NCBI GenBank assembly: GCA_965287045.1
Contig: OZ336878.1
Span: 104,532,001-104,596,000 of the forward strand
DNA length: 64,000 nt
DNA from: Carcharhinus amblyrhynchos
Lineage: Eukaryota
Direction: 5' to 3'
The position numbers and the translations under genes are program-made. Shown one piece after another: positions 25,231-39,249 of this stretch; within the stretch, counting starts at the first letter, position 1; the number at the start of each line of letters is the position of its first letter. The notes under the pieces are model-generated. The model did not search any database and was not told the origin of the DNA. It saw nothing but the letters and a program-made list of their open reading frames with translations.

Positions 25231-26458
25231 ATAACATTATTATACACCATAGGAAGGAAATTGCAGTAATCTCAATTTTTATAGGTTGCACGACACTTTT
25301 GGATACCCGTCATAGCTGTGGTTTTGTTTTTTAGATAATTCAAACGTTTACAATTTCATTTCACTAGAACGGCAATTTTCAGACAAAAGTTTCTGAAATG
25401 CAGGACAGTAAGTAAGTATCAATTGTTCATTACAAGTGAATGTACAAACAATATAGCTCACATATCAGAGAGAAAGAAGTCAAGTGAGGAAAAATGGGAG
25501 GTGCAAAGTCTGCCACGTCTGCTTGACATATTCAATTACTTGCAAGCTGTTTCAGCAAATGATTATAGAGGAGGAATGAATTTGTCCAACCGGTGCGTAT
25601 AGTTTTAACGCCACAATTCTATAAAACAATGCAAGGTTGGGCTTCTCTGAAAATTCTCTATAAGAGAAATGGTGCAACGTACACACAAGAACTTGGGATA
25701 TTGATGAGAGAATAAAATACATCATTGCCGCCCTTTCAGGATTTGCAATCAGTAGCAACAAGTTACCAGTGCAGTTAACAGAATACGCATAATTCCAACA
25801 TAATTTGATTTGGCTTCAGGTACAGGTACGTCAAACTTACAAATTATTGCATTCTTGAAAGAATTGAGTTGATGAGTGAAAAAGATAATTGATGCAGTTT
25901 GCAACTTTGTCGAACTTAGAAATTCTATCAATTTGTTCGAAAATATTTTTAAAAAGGATGAAAAAGACTGACGTTTGAATTTTATTTATGAATTACATTT
26001 GAAGAACAAGATTGTATTTTCGTTGGAACAAATTTTGAAAATATATAATTATACAGGAGGTAAGTTTAATTTGCTGAAATCAACCCGTTTGTTAAATCAG
26101 ATAGCTTCAAATGCCATCAAATAGTATTATTTGTGAAATCAATAATGCCTGGTAAAGCATTTGTATCAAAAAATACATTACTAATGGAGAAGAATCAATC
26201 TCTGATTTAAAATATGAGCCTCTACGATTTGAAAAGAATATGTTTTTTTCCCCTTTTCGGAAAATGAATTTGTCCAGGAGGACATTATCAAAAATAAACT
26301 AAAGCCAGGTTCTTGAAAGTGAAAAATGGGCAAATATATTAATGGTTGACATCTTGAAAAATTTGGAAGCTGCCGGACTGGACAAATGATGCACTGGAGA
26401 ATTCATAGCTGCAGTGGCGCTAACTGACGGGTTCAAACGTATTTTTGTAATTGCTTTC

Positions 26459-26625
26459 AGCCATGGCTCATTTGGTAGCATCATGCATATTGGAGTCACA
26501 CGTTATTGGTTATAGCTCGACTTCATTTGTTTAAACTGACATTTCGGCTGCCAAGCCGGTGCATTACTGAGGGATCTGCGTACTGTTTGTTGCTCGTGCC
26601 ATCTTTTGAAATACAGGCGCTGTTA
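26459..26625 (+). mobile_element. DeuSINE (SacSINE1-like) 5' fragment
   Basis: GCCATGGCTCATTTGGTAGCA head, then GTGCATTACTGAGGGATCTGCGTACTGT...GTGCCATCTTTTG. Confidence 0.65.
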
Positions 26626-26694
26626 GGCATCCATGATTACATGAAAGGCCAAGCAGAAAAAGAAAGATATCTGTGTAGGTAGGGGGTGCATTGC

Positions 26695-26875
26695 TAGATA
26701 GATAGAAAGATAAATAATAGACTGACAGATGAACGGACGGAGGGTCAGGCAGACGGGCGTAGAATGTATGCATGTTTTATGCATACAGGCATGCATGCCT
26801 GGACGGATATAGAGATGGATGGATGGATAGATGAATGGATGTATGGATGGATCGATGGATGGTTGGATATATGGT
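26695..26875 (+). repeat. Degenerate (GATA)n/(GGAT)n compound microsatellite
   Basis: TAGATAGATAGA...GATGGATGGATGGATAGATGAATGGATG. Confidence 0.85.
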
Positions 26876-27189
26876 TCGGTCATCCTCGTTAGGTTTCTCT
26901 TATTTTGCTATGTGAAGAATGTCCTTGTTATTCCTGAGCCCCTTCCCCATTGTTTACTTGAGTAAGTAAATTACTATCTCCATACCCATTCACTTTCTCA
27001 TTGGAACCTGAAGGATGCATCAAAGCTGCTTCCAAATCATTAGCATCAAGCTTCTCTGAACACCAAATGGAGCACACCAGATACTGCCCTTCCCTTTTTG
27101 CACTTCTCTATCCGACTATTGGAGACGTTGGCGTCGAATTTTCTCTATTTACTGATTTAATGTGACAGCTATCTCATTTACGTCACAGC

Positions 27190-27790
27190 TGTCATATCAT
27201 TCCCCTCTTCACCGAGGAATTCAAATACAAGTTGAACAAGTACAATACACGTTTACGACTTTCAGCCCATATGCAAGGTTCAAATCATGCCGTTGCTTTT
27301 CATTCTAATTCACCACGTTGCGTCCTCATTCACATTTCTGTCCAAGGCCTGCTGTACTCTTCCACACTTGCTGAATGTAAGCTTACGCGTCAGGAAATGA
27401 AAAAAAAGTCGGATTAAGCGTTTTACTGCGCTCAACGCTTCAGACCTTGAACTTTGTATCCAATTCTGATTCATTGTTTGCCACCTGCCTTTTTTTTCAG
27501 TTTTGTTTTAAGACGGAACTGCTCTTAAGGCGAGGTGTTTGATTTATTTTTCTACAACAGCCATTACCACCCCATTTGCCTTTCGTTCTATGACATATTT
27601 ATCATTTAAACACCCCCCCCCCTTTATTGGAAAACTATTTTCTATCTTCTCCACCCCAACCCTCAACGTCATCAATGCCAACACATTTATGCCTTCCTGC
27701 AGGTCCTTTGAGGAATCATTCTATTCAACAGGTTACCTATGCTTGCCTCTCTGCAGAGCCTTCAATGTTTTCCATACTTCCTGTTTTAAC
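27190..27790 (+). mobile_element. Decayed Penelope-like element (GIY-YIG end and 3' region)
   Basis: CCGTTGCTTTTCATTCTAATTCACC...CACATTTCTGTCCAAGGCCTGCTGTACT...GTAAGCTT resembles the shark Penelope PVAxHFNS...SVLGLL-coding block. Confidence 0.5.
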
Positions 27791-28944
27791 TTTAGGTAGA
27801 CCGACAAACTATATTCAGGCACTGAAATACAGATGATATACAACAGAATGTAAAGAGAAAGTAGGATGTGAATATAAGCGAGTCAAAGACAGAACAGATC
27901 TGCTCAACCTCACTGCACGACCTGAACACATAACAGAAAGAAAGCTAACATGGAATTATTGCCAGCCACCTATTTCAGAAAATAGATAATTAAGTCTCAA
28001 CCGAACGTTGCAAGTCTCTGTCACAAAATATCACAATCCGTTTGCACACTTACGAGTTTGTACAGCACCTGCAATGATAATCAACTCGATAATATTAGTA
28101 TTAATTTCTTCATCGCTTAACGATCCACTTATCTGTTTTAAATTAATTAACTGTGTTACACTTTAACAAAAAAGATTAAAGAAATTGCAATGCATGTTTA
28201 GCCATATGCTGCATTATTTGTGATTTTGCTCGACAGATGATGTGCCGTTCGATAAATAAATGGAAATGTAAGCACATGGATAAATATGCAGAGAAGTGGG
28301 TATTTGCCGAGAGGTGGCTCACAAATAGATAAATTAAAAGTCTTCTGACGACAAGCTTCAGTGAATTCATCTTGAACCGCCAAAAGGAAATGCAATTGAA
28401 TTGCTTCAGAGAACAATTACTTCTGCATTTAAAATTCAACAGAATGGATTTTGGACTGAATCCACGTACAGGTTACTGCAGAAGAAATCTGTGCAGCTGT
28501 AGATGGCCGTCATGTCTAATATTAATTCCCGCATGCACAACTTAACATTCACCATACATTTCCCTAGTGTGCATAAAATGAGAACTCCCTCTACAGTGCA
28601 CCGCAGATATAAACCGGGTTAGTCAGGAGTAAACTAATGAGCAGAAATGTGTTACAGCACAGTGACCAAGACCTTCTGCAATGCAAATCGATGCGCTGAA
28701 CCAGTGTTGAAATACAATTTCAAATTATTAAATTATAACTTTGTTAATTATAATTGACTACTTTATATGCGTTTACTCTTGACAAAATGTAAAATATCCC
28801 TTAACGAAGGAAAACATGTCAAATAGTTTTATTTATTTAACATTGATGCCTCTCTTCCTTTGCTAAGGATATTCCAGGTTATTTCTCTCTGAAGCATTTC
28901 TGGCGTTGGAATAAGCTATGCGTGTTTAAGTTAATGTTATTGGT

Positions 28945-29085
28945 TTATTTGTTAATGCCACAAGTAGGCTGACATTAACACTGAGGTTACTGTGAAAATC
29001 CCCGAGGCGCCAAACTTTGGCACCTGTTTCGGTACGCTGAGGGAAAATTTAGCGTATCCCATGCATCTAACCAGCAGACCTTTGG
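28945..29085 (-). mobile_element. V-SINE 3' half, 5'-truncated
   Basis: CCACAAGTAGGCTGACATTAACACTG..GTTACTGTGAAAATCCCC matches the SINE tails at 7745-7860 and 58521-58600. Confidence 0.75.
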
Positions 29086-29175
29086 CAGTAACTGTAGCCT
29101 ATGTACATTTCGACTTCTGCACAAGTCGTTACATTTACTAAAACGTGATTCATATCGCTAATTGTAGGCATCTTA

Positions 29176-30778
29176 CATTGTAGACATTGAGAAAGAGAAT
29201 GTGTTGGAGCTTTTGAAAAATATCAAGTTAGATAAGTCACCGAGACCGGATGGGATGTACTCCACTTTACTGTGGGAGACGAGGGAAGAGATTGCTGAGC
29301 CTCTGGCAATGATCTTTGTGTCAGCAAAGGAGACGGGAGTGGTTCCGGAGAATTGAAGGATTGTGAATGTAGTTCCTTTATTCAAGAAAGGGAGAAGAGA
29401 TAGGCCAGGAAATTATAGACCAGTGAGTCGAACCTCAGTGGTTGCTAAGTTGATGGAAAAGTTCCTGAGAGGCAGGATTTATGAACATTTGGAGATGAAT
29501 GATATGATCAAGAATAGTCAGCATGGCTTTGACAAAGGCAGAACATGCCTTACCAGCCTGATAGAATTTTTTGAGAATGTGTCTAAACACACTGACAAAG
29601 GAAGAACAGTAGATGTGGTTTACATGGACCTCAGAAAGGCGTTTGGCAAGGTGCCCCATGCAAGGCTTTTTGAGAAAGTAAGGGGGCATGGAATCGAATG
29701 GGGCATTGCTCTGTGGATTCAGAACTGGCTTGGCCACAGAAGGCAAAGTGTGGTTGTAGGTGGGTCTTTGTCTGCATGGAGATCCGTCACCAGGGGAGTG
29801 TCCCCGGGATCTGTTCTCTTTGTGATAAATAACCTGGATGAGGGAGTGGAGGGATGGGTTGGTAAGTTTGCTGATGACACAAAGGTTGGAGGTGTTGCCG
29901 ATAGTGTGGAGGGATGTCAGAAGTCGCAGTGAGTCATTGATAGGATGCAAGACTGGGCGGAGAAGTGGCAGATGGATTTCAAACCAGATAAGTGTGTGGT
30001 GATTCATTTTGGCTGGTCAAATAGGATGGCAGATTATGATATTAAGGGTAAGACTCTTGGCAGTGTGGAATATCAGAAGGATCTTGGGGTCCGGGTTCAT
30101 AGGACACTCAAAACAGCTTCATAGGTAGAGGCTGTGGTTAAGAAGGCGTATGGTGTGCTGGCATTCATCAATCGAGGAACTGAGGTTAGGAGTCGCGAGA
30201 TAATGCTGCAGCTGTATAAGGCCCTGGTCAGACCTCATTTGGAGGACTGTGGTCAGTTCTGGTCGCCTCATTAAAGGAAGGATGTGGGAGCCATAGAAAG
30301 GGTGCAGAGGAGGTTTATCAGGATGTTGCCTGGACTGGGTGGCATGTCTTATGAGGATAGGTTGAAAGAGCTCGGTCTTTTCTCCTTGGAGAGACGAAGG
30401 ATGAGGGGTGACCTGATTGAGGTGTATAAGATGTTAAGAGCTATTGGTCGAGTGGTTTCTCTGAGGTTTTTTTTTCCCCAGGGATGAAATGGTTGCCCCA
30501 AGGGGACACAGGTTTAGGGTGCTGGGGAGCAGGTACAGAGGAAGTGTCAGGGGTACGTTTTTCGTTCAGAGGTTGGTGGGTGCGTGGAATCGGCTGCCGG
30601 CAGTGGTGGTGCAGACGGATTCAATAGCGTTTTTTAAGAGACTTTTGGATAAGTACATGGAACTTAGTAAGATAGAGGGTTATAGGTACGCCTAATAGGT
30701 AGGGACATCTTCGGCGCAACTTGAGGGCCGAAGGACCTGTTTGTGCTGCAGTTTTTCTAAGTTTCTATGTTTCTAATT
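29176..30778 (+). mobile_element. Relatively young 5'-truncated CR1 LINE, RT domain and 3' tail (disrupted ORF2)
   Basis: ORF 29363-29932 NVVPLFKKG..PGNYRPVS..SQHGF..VDVVYMD..KFADDTK, then ERVQRRF/GLFSLERRRMRGDLIEVYK. Tail TTTCTAAGTTTCTATGTTTCTA. Stops and frameshifts present. Confidence 0.97.
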
Positions 30779-32419
30779 GAGAAATTTCAGCATATAAATT
30801 GTTCATTCGATCATACAGAACGTCGGCATTTTCTGAGCGCTGTTTTAAAATGTTGCTGTTTGGATCTTCACCGCAATTTCTGCAGCTCCCAAGCTGAGAG
30901 GCATTGCTTGCATTTCCCTGGCATGCTATGATAATCACTTGTTTGAAACTATTAACTATTATTTTTTTCTACGAGTTCAATTAAAATATTTGCTTGTATT
31001 ACATTTTGTTCCTCTGGACTGCACTGTGCCTTTCTTGACCACTCTTCCTTTCTCTCTCATCGCACCCAAATGCAAGTGCTCGTGAGCTCGAGATATTACT
31101 TCTTCTGAAACTCAATATGCATAATCACGCCATTCTTAAATAGTGCATCATTTTTCTCTATGCAGCAATCTTCTGTTCCCGTGTTTCAAGGAAATCCTGG
31201 TTTCTAATATCGGGAAATTTCATTGTCACACTACACTGCCCTCGACAACCACCCCGACCTTCAATTTAGCATTTCCGAGCAGTGATAGGCACTCTTTGGA
31301 ATGCTATCCATTCAGTATTTTAGCAGCTGGGCAGTATTATAGAAAATGACAAAAAGATGAAGCGACTTCAGTGGCAACACAAACATTTCTTGCGAATAAA
31401 ACATCATAATTTAGATTTAGATTAATATCTAATTATGCATCCAGCTCAGAACGAGACACAGGATGCAGGCTGGAAGAAAACAACACGATTAATTATTTCC
31501 GGATGATGATATTGCATTCTTCTTTCAATGCTGTAGTATACAATCTAGCTCTGAAACAGAATAACCTGCCATTGATATTTAGACAGCTGACAGAGAAAAA
31601 AAAATATTTTCTTTTCATTAATAGGGAGTAAACGATTTAGGCACTTACGTGCTGTTTTGTCTTCCAAGTCAGCCTCTAACGAAACAAGACACATAGATTG
31701 TAATTGTTGCAAAATCGCGGATAGTTACTCGCTGATTTTCAAGATCGAACCACATTGATTCCTCATCAAGATTCAATGGGAAACGTTTGGCAAAAGAAGT
31801 AGCATGCGTATTACTACAACAAATTGTACAATTGAATTAACAAAATACGTGCACGACATTATCTTTTATATATCGAAAATGAGAAGTTTCCCGGCGTTGC
31901 AGCAACGACTAATATGTGAATACTGACTATAAAATTGTATAACGTCTGAAGGCGCTTCAGTACAAATCTATCAACCAAAACTTGACACCACATCACAGAG
32001 GAAACAATATTAAGGTATATAATGTATGTTGTTGTTCAGAGGCTAATTTATAGTGGATTAAGGAATCTGTGATTATTCTCGACTTTAAGCATGATCTTGG
32101 AATGTTGAATTGATTTTTACAGATGAGATAACATGGTATTTCTTTATAAGGTCCAGTCCGTGCTGCTAATCGGTGACGCATTCCACTGCCCACAGCTAAA
32201 ATTTTGGCAGTGTATATTTAAAATGTAAAATCCCCGTGAGGACATTCCCGCTTTCATCACACTAGCCATTTATAAAATCCCTGCCTGGAGCTAAAATTTA
32301 GTGATGACCAACAAATGGAGTAGCGAAGCAGATGTCCTCTTAACCCGCACGCCTATTAAAATGGAAATCAGGCGCCTTTTAAAACTTTTGCAAATTTGTG
32401 CGTTTTTTTGCTGCTTAAC

Positions 32420-32442
32420 TTCACTTCCGCTGCGGAAGTGAA
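32420..32442. other. Perfect 11-bp palindrome with 1-nt spacer containing two inverted CGGAAGTG (ETS-type) motifs
   Basis: TTCACTTCCGC-T-GCGGAAGTGAA. Confidence 0.85.
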
Positions 32443-35400
32443 TAAGTTAGACGAAAATATTACCGATACGAATGACCCTGAAATCGAAGCATTGAGTGAA
32501 GTTTTACCAATATTTTCCTGTGAAAGAATTCAATGTTACACGGCAAAATATTCTGCTTATTGATATTACTAACGCAGTCCGTTTTGGTGCTTACGGCATT
32601 CAATGAGAGATTTCTCCACGTCGCTTAATTCTGGAAGAGAAACGCCAGATAATTGGTCCACTGCAGTTTTTAATTTGCATTGCCGAAGTTGAAAAGCAGC
32701 GCATTGTTCGGCTTAACGATGATATGGTATGGTAATGGTAATACAGTTACAGAATTAAAGAACGTAACAGGGAATTTAGCACAGCCATTCACTGTGATAC
32801 GTTTCATTACAATGCATGCCAGTCATGCATCCATATATTGTCTGCGCCATGTTAAGGTGGAACATTTTAGCAGTAATTTGCCCGTCCCTCTCCTTAAACA
32901 TTGACCAGCTTGCTTTGTCCCAAATTTTGTTTAAGGGATTTCGCTTCAGTGTTTATTTTGAAAGAGAAATTTGTCCGACAGCATAGTTCAACAGTTGGTG
33001 AATTTATATTGACATTATTAACAGAAGAAAGATAGATAAATTGTAAGAAGAAAAATATTTATTTTATTTAATTGTATATAATGTTATACATAAACATTTA
33101 ATAAGAGATGCCATCCAAACGTATTCAAAGCAACTGCATGTCTTGCCCATTAATGGGGAAAATATATCCAGTTAATCATTTTCAGTGGAAACAAGGCAAA
33201 TTTATTTTCCAAACAATCATTTGGATTTCTGTCAAAAACGAGATAAATGGCGGACTATGCATTCAAGTTATGTCCATATTCAAATGATATTCAAAAGTTA
33301 CACTGCTTTGAAGAACTGTTGACAGTCACGTTCGCTGTCAATTTCTTTGCGTTGGCGATGGCAGTGATCAAACCAAAGTCTGGTGAAAGACGTTTGAATG
33401 CGGTAACCATTATGGTTGCAAAATAAAACTCTCCCCATAAGGAAATTATCGGAGTGGCCATTATGTCAAGTCTTTGAAATCATAAAGGGAAACAATTACA
33501 TTGTCGAATGTTCCAATTGGAGACAATTTTCGATTCGTACCCGTTCTTTTTATGGAATAGAATTTTGCGAAATTATTGTGTCTACCTTTGGCTATAGAAG
33601 ACTCCTGCATCGATCATTTTTCATCTACTGTCCCGTATGAGCTGCCATGCTGAACCTACTGTTTCTAACCTCTAAAAGCCAAATAGGAGCGCAAATGAAT
33701 TCTGCGACTTCATGCACAAGTAGATGACAATGGTTGTTGATTTAAAAAGGCAGCACTATGGGCAAGCATCCCCGTACAAATAATATCCCATCAAGGTTAT
33801 CTGCATGAATTGAGAGATATTTACCTTGCTGATTTCCGGTAATTTTTTCCGCTGAAAATGCAGAATCAAGTGTAGTGGTAACTAATGCGATAATTTTAAT
33901 GTCCATTTTCACGAATTATAATTCGCTGCTTGGTGTCAAGTTCTTAAGTTTGGAATCAGAATTAAGGATACAATTATAATGAATTTCAGAACTGAACCTT
34001 ACTTTAGCCATCTCTAACGCACTGCTGTTTGCTATTTTACAGCCATCAATGTAAACATGAGTATTGGTAGCAGCCACATTGTTTTCAAACAATAACATTT
34101 ATGAGACGTTTTTTCTTTCAAATATTGCAGTGAGAAAATGCTGAGCAAAGCATTTGTGATATGTTTGAGGAGTTTGAAGAAAGTGAGTTTCATGCAAATA
34201 CATGGAATCGGCAAATCCGTAGCAGGTAGATGTGCTTTACGAAAGTAAATGTCTTCTCTCTGTTGTAATCGCGTGCTGGACGCTGCTTTTCTTGATTTCA
34301 CCCTCCTTGATCTCTTACCATATTTTTGATTTTATACTTTCGTTGCTATCTTTTATATGTTCCCATGATTAACCTCTCCATCGGTGAAACTGTTTCTTCA
34401 TCTCCATTTGAAAGAAACTTTCAGAATTTCATAGGCATCAACTGAGTGTGTGTATTAGTATTATCACCTTTTTGACTGTTCTTAACAGTCACAGTCCCTC
34501 AATGATGGCCATATCTCACAACAAGATAACTTTCCAAATTGGCCCTTCGAACAACGATAAAGACAGCAATCACCGTCACTCGATTCGGATAAATGAAAAG
34601 TACAACTGAGATACTTACATGATGTCTAATCAGGCTACGTTTTCTATTAGATCATACAACTAATCTCCATTGCACTGTCGCCTAAAGATATTCAGCTGGC
34701 TAAGCATGGTAGTTATTGAACGGAATTTGAAGTGATTATTGCATTGTCTAATGTTGATAGCATGTGAACTGACATAACTGCGGGGCTTGCTAAAATTGGA
34801 ATCCAATTTGATAACAAAAATTCTTCGTTTATGTTTCCAAAGAAAAGAAACGGTCATTCACAAACATTAGAACACAAATGTGATGGACTGAAGAATTAGG
34901 TTAGTTCTTTATTTAACCGAGAATGAGCGTGAAAATGAGTTGTATTTAGCGAACCAATTTGGTATTAATCTATTGATTAAGGCCATAGTGGCTTCGGATA
35001 TTCTCAAATATCCAATCAATCATATTACTGACACACCTGTGCCGTATTGTGGTGTTTCGAATGTACAGGAAGTAGATGAATAATACCAAGAAACTTTCTA
35101 TCCCTGCAGTTGCTTTATGGAGACCATCATACCTTCCTGTTTTGAAAATGACAAAAGGGGAAAAGCAATGGGTTTGGGTGCGTATTACAGGAAAGGTGCA
35201 GAGCCATATTCATTACTAGATACTGGGAGCCAATTATAAAGGAACAGCCATCCAGTCCAAGCCGCAGAATGAAAGCCCTTCAATTAAGGTGAAAACCAAA
35301 CAGATAACAACATATTTGCGTTCAATACAACTCAGAGACATGGATGCAGACATAATGTGCAGGTTGCATCGTCACAACATTTGCAAAGAATAGGATGGGG

Positions 35401-35464
35401 CCTGAATAGGCATAGTATTTGATAAAAAACGATTTTCGTCAATACACATTGGTTGAAATAACTG

Positions 35465-37680
35465 GCTGGCAGTTGGGTCTGGACGTGTTTTAATTTGAGA
35501 AGGCGGTAGAGAGATCCCTTCTTGAAACACTACAGCCCATGTGGAACAGGAGGAACTATTAGTGCTACTAAGAATAGAGGTAAAAAGTTGTAAAGTCAGC
35601 GACCGAGATGGAACTATGACATGCCTCCAAGTCAAGGTGGTGTGTTATTTGGAGGGAACGGTGCAGAGTTCCCTTTTCCCCATCCCCCTACCGCAATTGT
35701 TTTTTTAAATTGTTTTCAATCGCTGTTTGGAAGGAGATTTTCCCAATTTTTGTAGTGCCCCCTATAAATATACAGCCGTTGCTAATGTGAATAGCTGGTG
35801 GAAAGTGTAAAAGTTTACGTTATTGAGTGGATGCAGACCAAGTGGCTTGCTTCGCACCAGATGGTTTTCAGCTTCCTGAGTGAAGTTGGGACCACACTCA
35901 TTCAGCAAATTGTAAAAAAAAAGTCCATCAGGGCCCTTAATTTTGCCTTCTGAATAGTTAAAGGGCATTGGAGAGTAAGGAGCTGGGTTCTTTGCTTTAG
36001 AATTTACTACTTTTATACAGTCGTATCCGGAATTTCCTCAGGTCTTGACGCATTTTGAAATGTTCTGCTGCAGTGTCTAAGGTATTGCCCGTGGTACTAA
36101 CATGGTGCAGTAATTTGCCAATATTCCACTTATAACCTTGTGATGAAGTGATGCAACTGAAATGACAGGACCCTAGACGGTACCACGGAACTGTTGTGGT
36201 GACTTTCTGGAGTCAACATGATTGACGTCCAACAACCACATCACCTTCGTTTTGTACTAAATGAGATTACAAATGCGAACTTTCCCACTGATTCGCATTG
36301 ACTTCATTTTCGCTACGAGCATTGGTGCCATAATCAACGAAATAGTGTCTTGATGTCACTGTTGGTTAACTTATTTCAACTTATGTTTCCAGTTTCCTTT
36401 CCAAGCTTGAACCGGGATAGATGAGGTCAGGAGCAGCGTGTCTTGGTGAAATCCAAAGTGAGTGGCAGTGATTACATTATTATTATGTAAGTGCCCCTTG
36501 CTAACCGTATCAATGAAACATCTATCACTTTAATGATGATCGAGTATAGTCTGTTGAAGCAGTGGTTGACCAGAGGGAATGTGCATTGCGTTTTATGGAC
36601 AGGACGTCTCTGGAAGACTTTTCAAATTACCAGGTAAATCCCTGCCACAGCTTTCGCGGTTGCAAGTGAGTTTTGAATATGATTACTCATAATAATTGGA
36701 TTAATGTTATTTAGGTCCACAACATTTGCATGATCCAATCCCTGAATATCCCGTTTTTTACCAAGTGGGGAGAATTTACTTGGCTGCGTCTAGCATTTAC
36801 GATGCAGGAGCACTCACTGGGAGGCAGATGCGCGCTGTCCATTCTGTGTTTCTGGTTGAAGATTGTTGCAATATTTTGGTATCTTCCTTTTGCGTAGATT
36901 TGCTCGACTCTAGCAAGTTGATATTTACGAAGCTTTCTTCCATTGGTTGTCGTTTGATCGTCCACGGCCATTCACTGTGGCGGGTGACGGACGGCAGACA
37001 TTTGTTCTTTTGATTGGTTTTGGATGTATTCGCTATTTCTATCACATGCAGCACCCTATATTTGGCATGAACGCCGTTTTGTGTTATGGCTTCACAAGTT
37101 GACACTTAGATTTTAGTTTTGACGGTGATGTTTATGACTTGCTTCCCTGTGCTCTGAATTGAATCGTCGCCAATTCATTGGCTTTACGGTAATGGTAGAT
37201 TAAGAAAATTTGGTTGAACGCAACCCTGTGATCGATGACTGACAGAACGCCATGGCCAACAAGTGTCGTGCTGCTATATATTTTCTGAATTTGTGCAAGT
37301 TATGTGACACTACACCGACAGCCATAGTGTCGTACACCTAGTTAGATGGCCCCTTCAGCCTAAAAATGGGATTTCGTCTTCACAATAACGGCATGTTTGA
37401 TGCTATACTGTCAGGAAGAGACGCAGCTCCGACCGCTAAATATGTGAATATGCTGGCCAATCAATTTCGTTTTGACAGGCTGCATCAGCACCTGGCAAAT
37501 GGCCAACATGATAGGTGATTCAACGTTTCTGCCAGTTCGTTCAGCAGTTCTGCTATCGATTCAGTCGTTGTGTTGTGCATTGAATTCCGCCAGCCAGAAT
37601 GCATCATGGAGAGATTCCTACTCACTGCTTCTTACAAGTGGTGTACTGATAAATCGTCTAACGTACGATATTATGTCATA
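35465..37680 (-). mobile_element. Ancient CR1/L2-group LINE relic (3' end and RT)
   Basis: Reverse complement of 36420-36570 gives HFGFHQ..APDLI and LYSIIIKV (cf. QFGFRQ..APDLI and LLSIISKV). The 3' end at 35470-35670 is the same family as array module A. Confidence 0.65.
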
Positions 37681-37814
37681 ACTTTGTTTCCTTTATCTAC
37701 TGCTTAAAGCAAACTTAGAAAATATTGAAATTGCTAAATGTAAATGTGTTTTCTTTATGAAGTTTACGCAACAAATACACAGCATTGAAGAAGATTTTAT
37801 GTTTTCTTTCTTGT

Positions 37815-38090
37815 GGCTTGAGCATCGTTGGCTAGGCCATAATTCACTGCCCATTTCGAAATGTCTTTGATAACTCAATGGTGAGGTATCTTATCGAACC
37901 GCTGCTGCCCATGTTTTGAAGTTGGTCCCACAATGGTGCTACGGAGAGAGTTGTAGGGAATTCGACACAGTGACCGAAATGCATTTTTTCCGACCTGGGA
38001 TGATAAATGGCTTTGAGGGGGAACTTCCAAGTCGTGGCGTTTGCACACGTCTTCAGCCTTGTCTTTCTAGCTGGTAGCCTTCGTGGACAT
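37815..38090 (-). mobile_element. LINE 3'-end fragment, same family as 35465
   Basis: GCATCGTTGGCTAGGCCA..TGCCCAT..GAACCGCTGC..CCATGT...GAGGGGGAACTTCCAAGTCGTGGCGTT. Confidence 0.7.
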
Positions 38091-38683
38091 GGAAATTATT
38101 TCGCTGAATGTGGCCGAAGCGTCCATATGGTCCAAGCCACTTTGCTGCCAGAATCGACACCTTGCAATCACGATTCAGAAGCAAGTTACTGTTTTTGCCT
38201 CCTAAAATTCTGACCACGTGTCCTCTCTATCCTTTCTGAACTGTTCTTTGCCTTGAATTAGATTCAAAATAAATGTTGTTATCAGGTCTTGTTTTAAAGG
38301 CAGTGCGCGTGCCAATAGTAAGCTTGTTGAGGAACAGAAATCAATAATTCACATAGTTAACTCAGCTGAATACATTTGGATACCGTACCACAAAATGAAA
38401 TGGGTATGGACTCCTCATCTTGGCGGCATCATTCGCGATTGCCATTTCCTTTGTATAAATCACGGAGCACAGTAGAATTAACCGAACTGGGCTTATGATT
38501 AAAGATTTGGCATTTGTATTGAAATATTTTAACATCAAACATAGAGTCTGGCATTTTGACAGCACGTTGTGAACAGTAATGAGGCGAGTGTCCTGGGAGT
38601 CTTCAACATTCATGAAATTTTATTGTATCAGGAAAGCCCTGCCATTTGCGTTCAAATCTGCTGGAGTCCAGCGAATTTTAATA

Positions 38684-39035
38684 TAGGTATAGGTAGACAC
38701 GTCTACCAAATTGGGGCTCTTTTCCCTTGAAAGACGGCGACTGAGGGGGGATCTAATAGCGGTATATGAGATTATGAAGCGTATAGATAGAGTAAACAGT
38801 GGTAAGCTATTTCCTATGTTAGAGATACAGTACGAGGGGGCCACGGGCTTAGGGTGAGGGGGGAGAGGTATAACACGGATCTTAGAGGGAGGTTTTTCAC
38901 ACAGAGGGTACTGGGGGTATGGAATGCTCTGCCAAGCAAGGTGGTGGAAGCAGGCACGCTGGATTTGTTTAAGAGTTAGTTAGACAGGCACATGAGCTGG
39001 TTGGAGATGGGAGGATATAGGAGATTGTTTTAAAC
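38684..39035 (+). mobile_element. CR1 ORF2 C-terminal fragment (5' part of a composite insertion)
   Basis: Plus strand encodes LGLFSLERRRLRGDLIAVYEIMK...FFTQRVLGVWNALP. Confidence 0.92.
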
Positions 39036-39249
39036 AAGGTTCATTAGCATTGGGACGTCCCTGGTGATGTATAAGGATGTGGAATGATACTAATGTTTTT
39101 CTCTTTTAAGTCACAGGTTTTAAGACGATCCGCCTTGTTGTCCAACGAGGGGCATACACGCGATGGGTCGTACAAGGGGTGCTCTTGGAAGTTCGAGAGT
39201 AGCCTAGTGCTTCATGTCGTTAGTGTGCGCTTAAACTGGACCAGATGCT

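Noticed and set aside
29435-30007. 190-aa minus-strand ORF
   Set aside because: Antisense shadow of CR1 ORF2.
33916-34450. Adjacent minus-strand ORFs
   Set aside because: Multiple stops in every frame and no recognisable domain.
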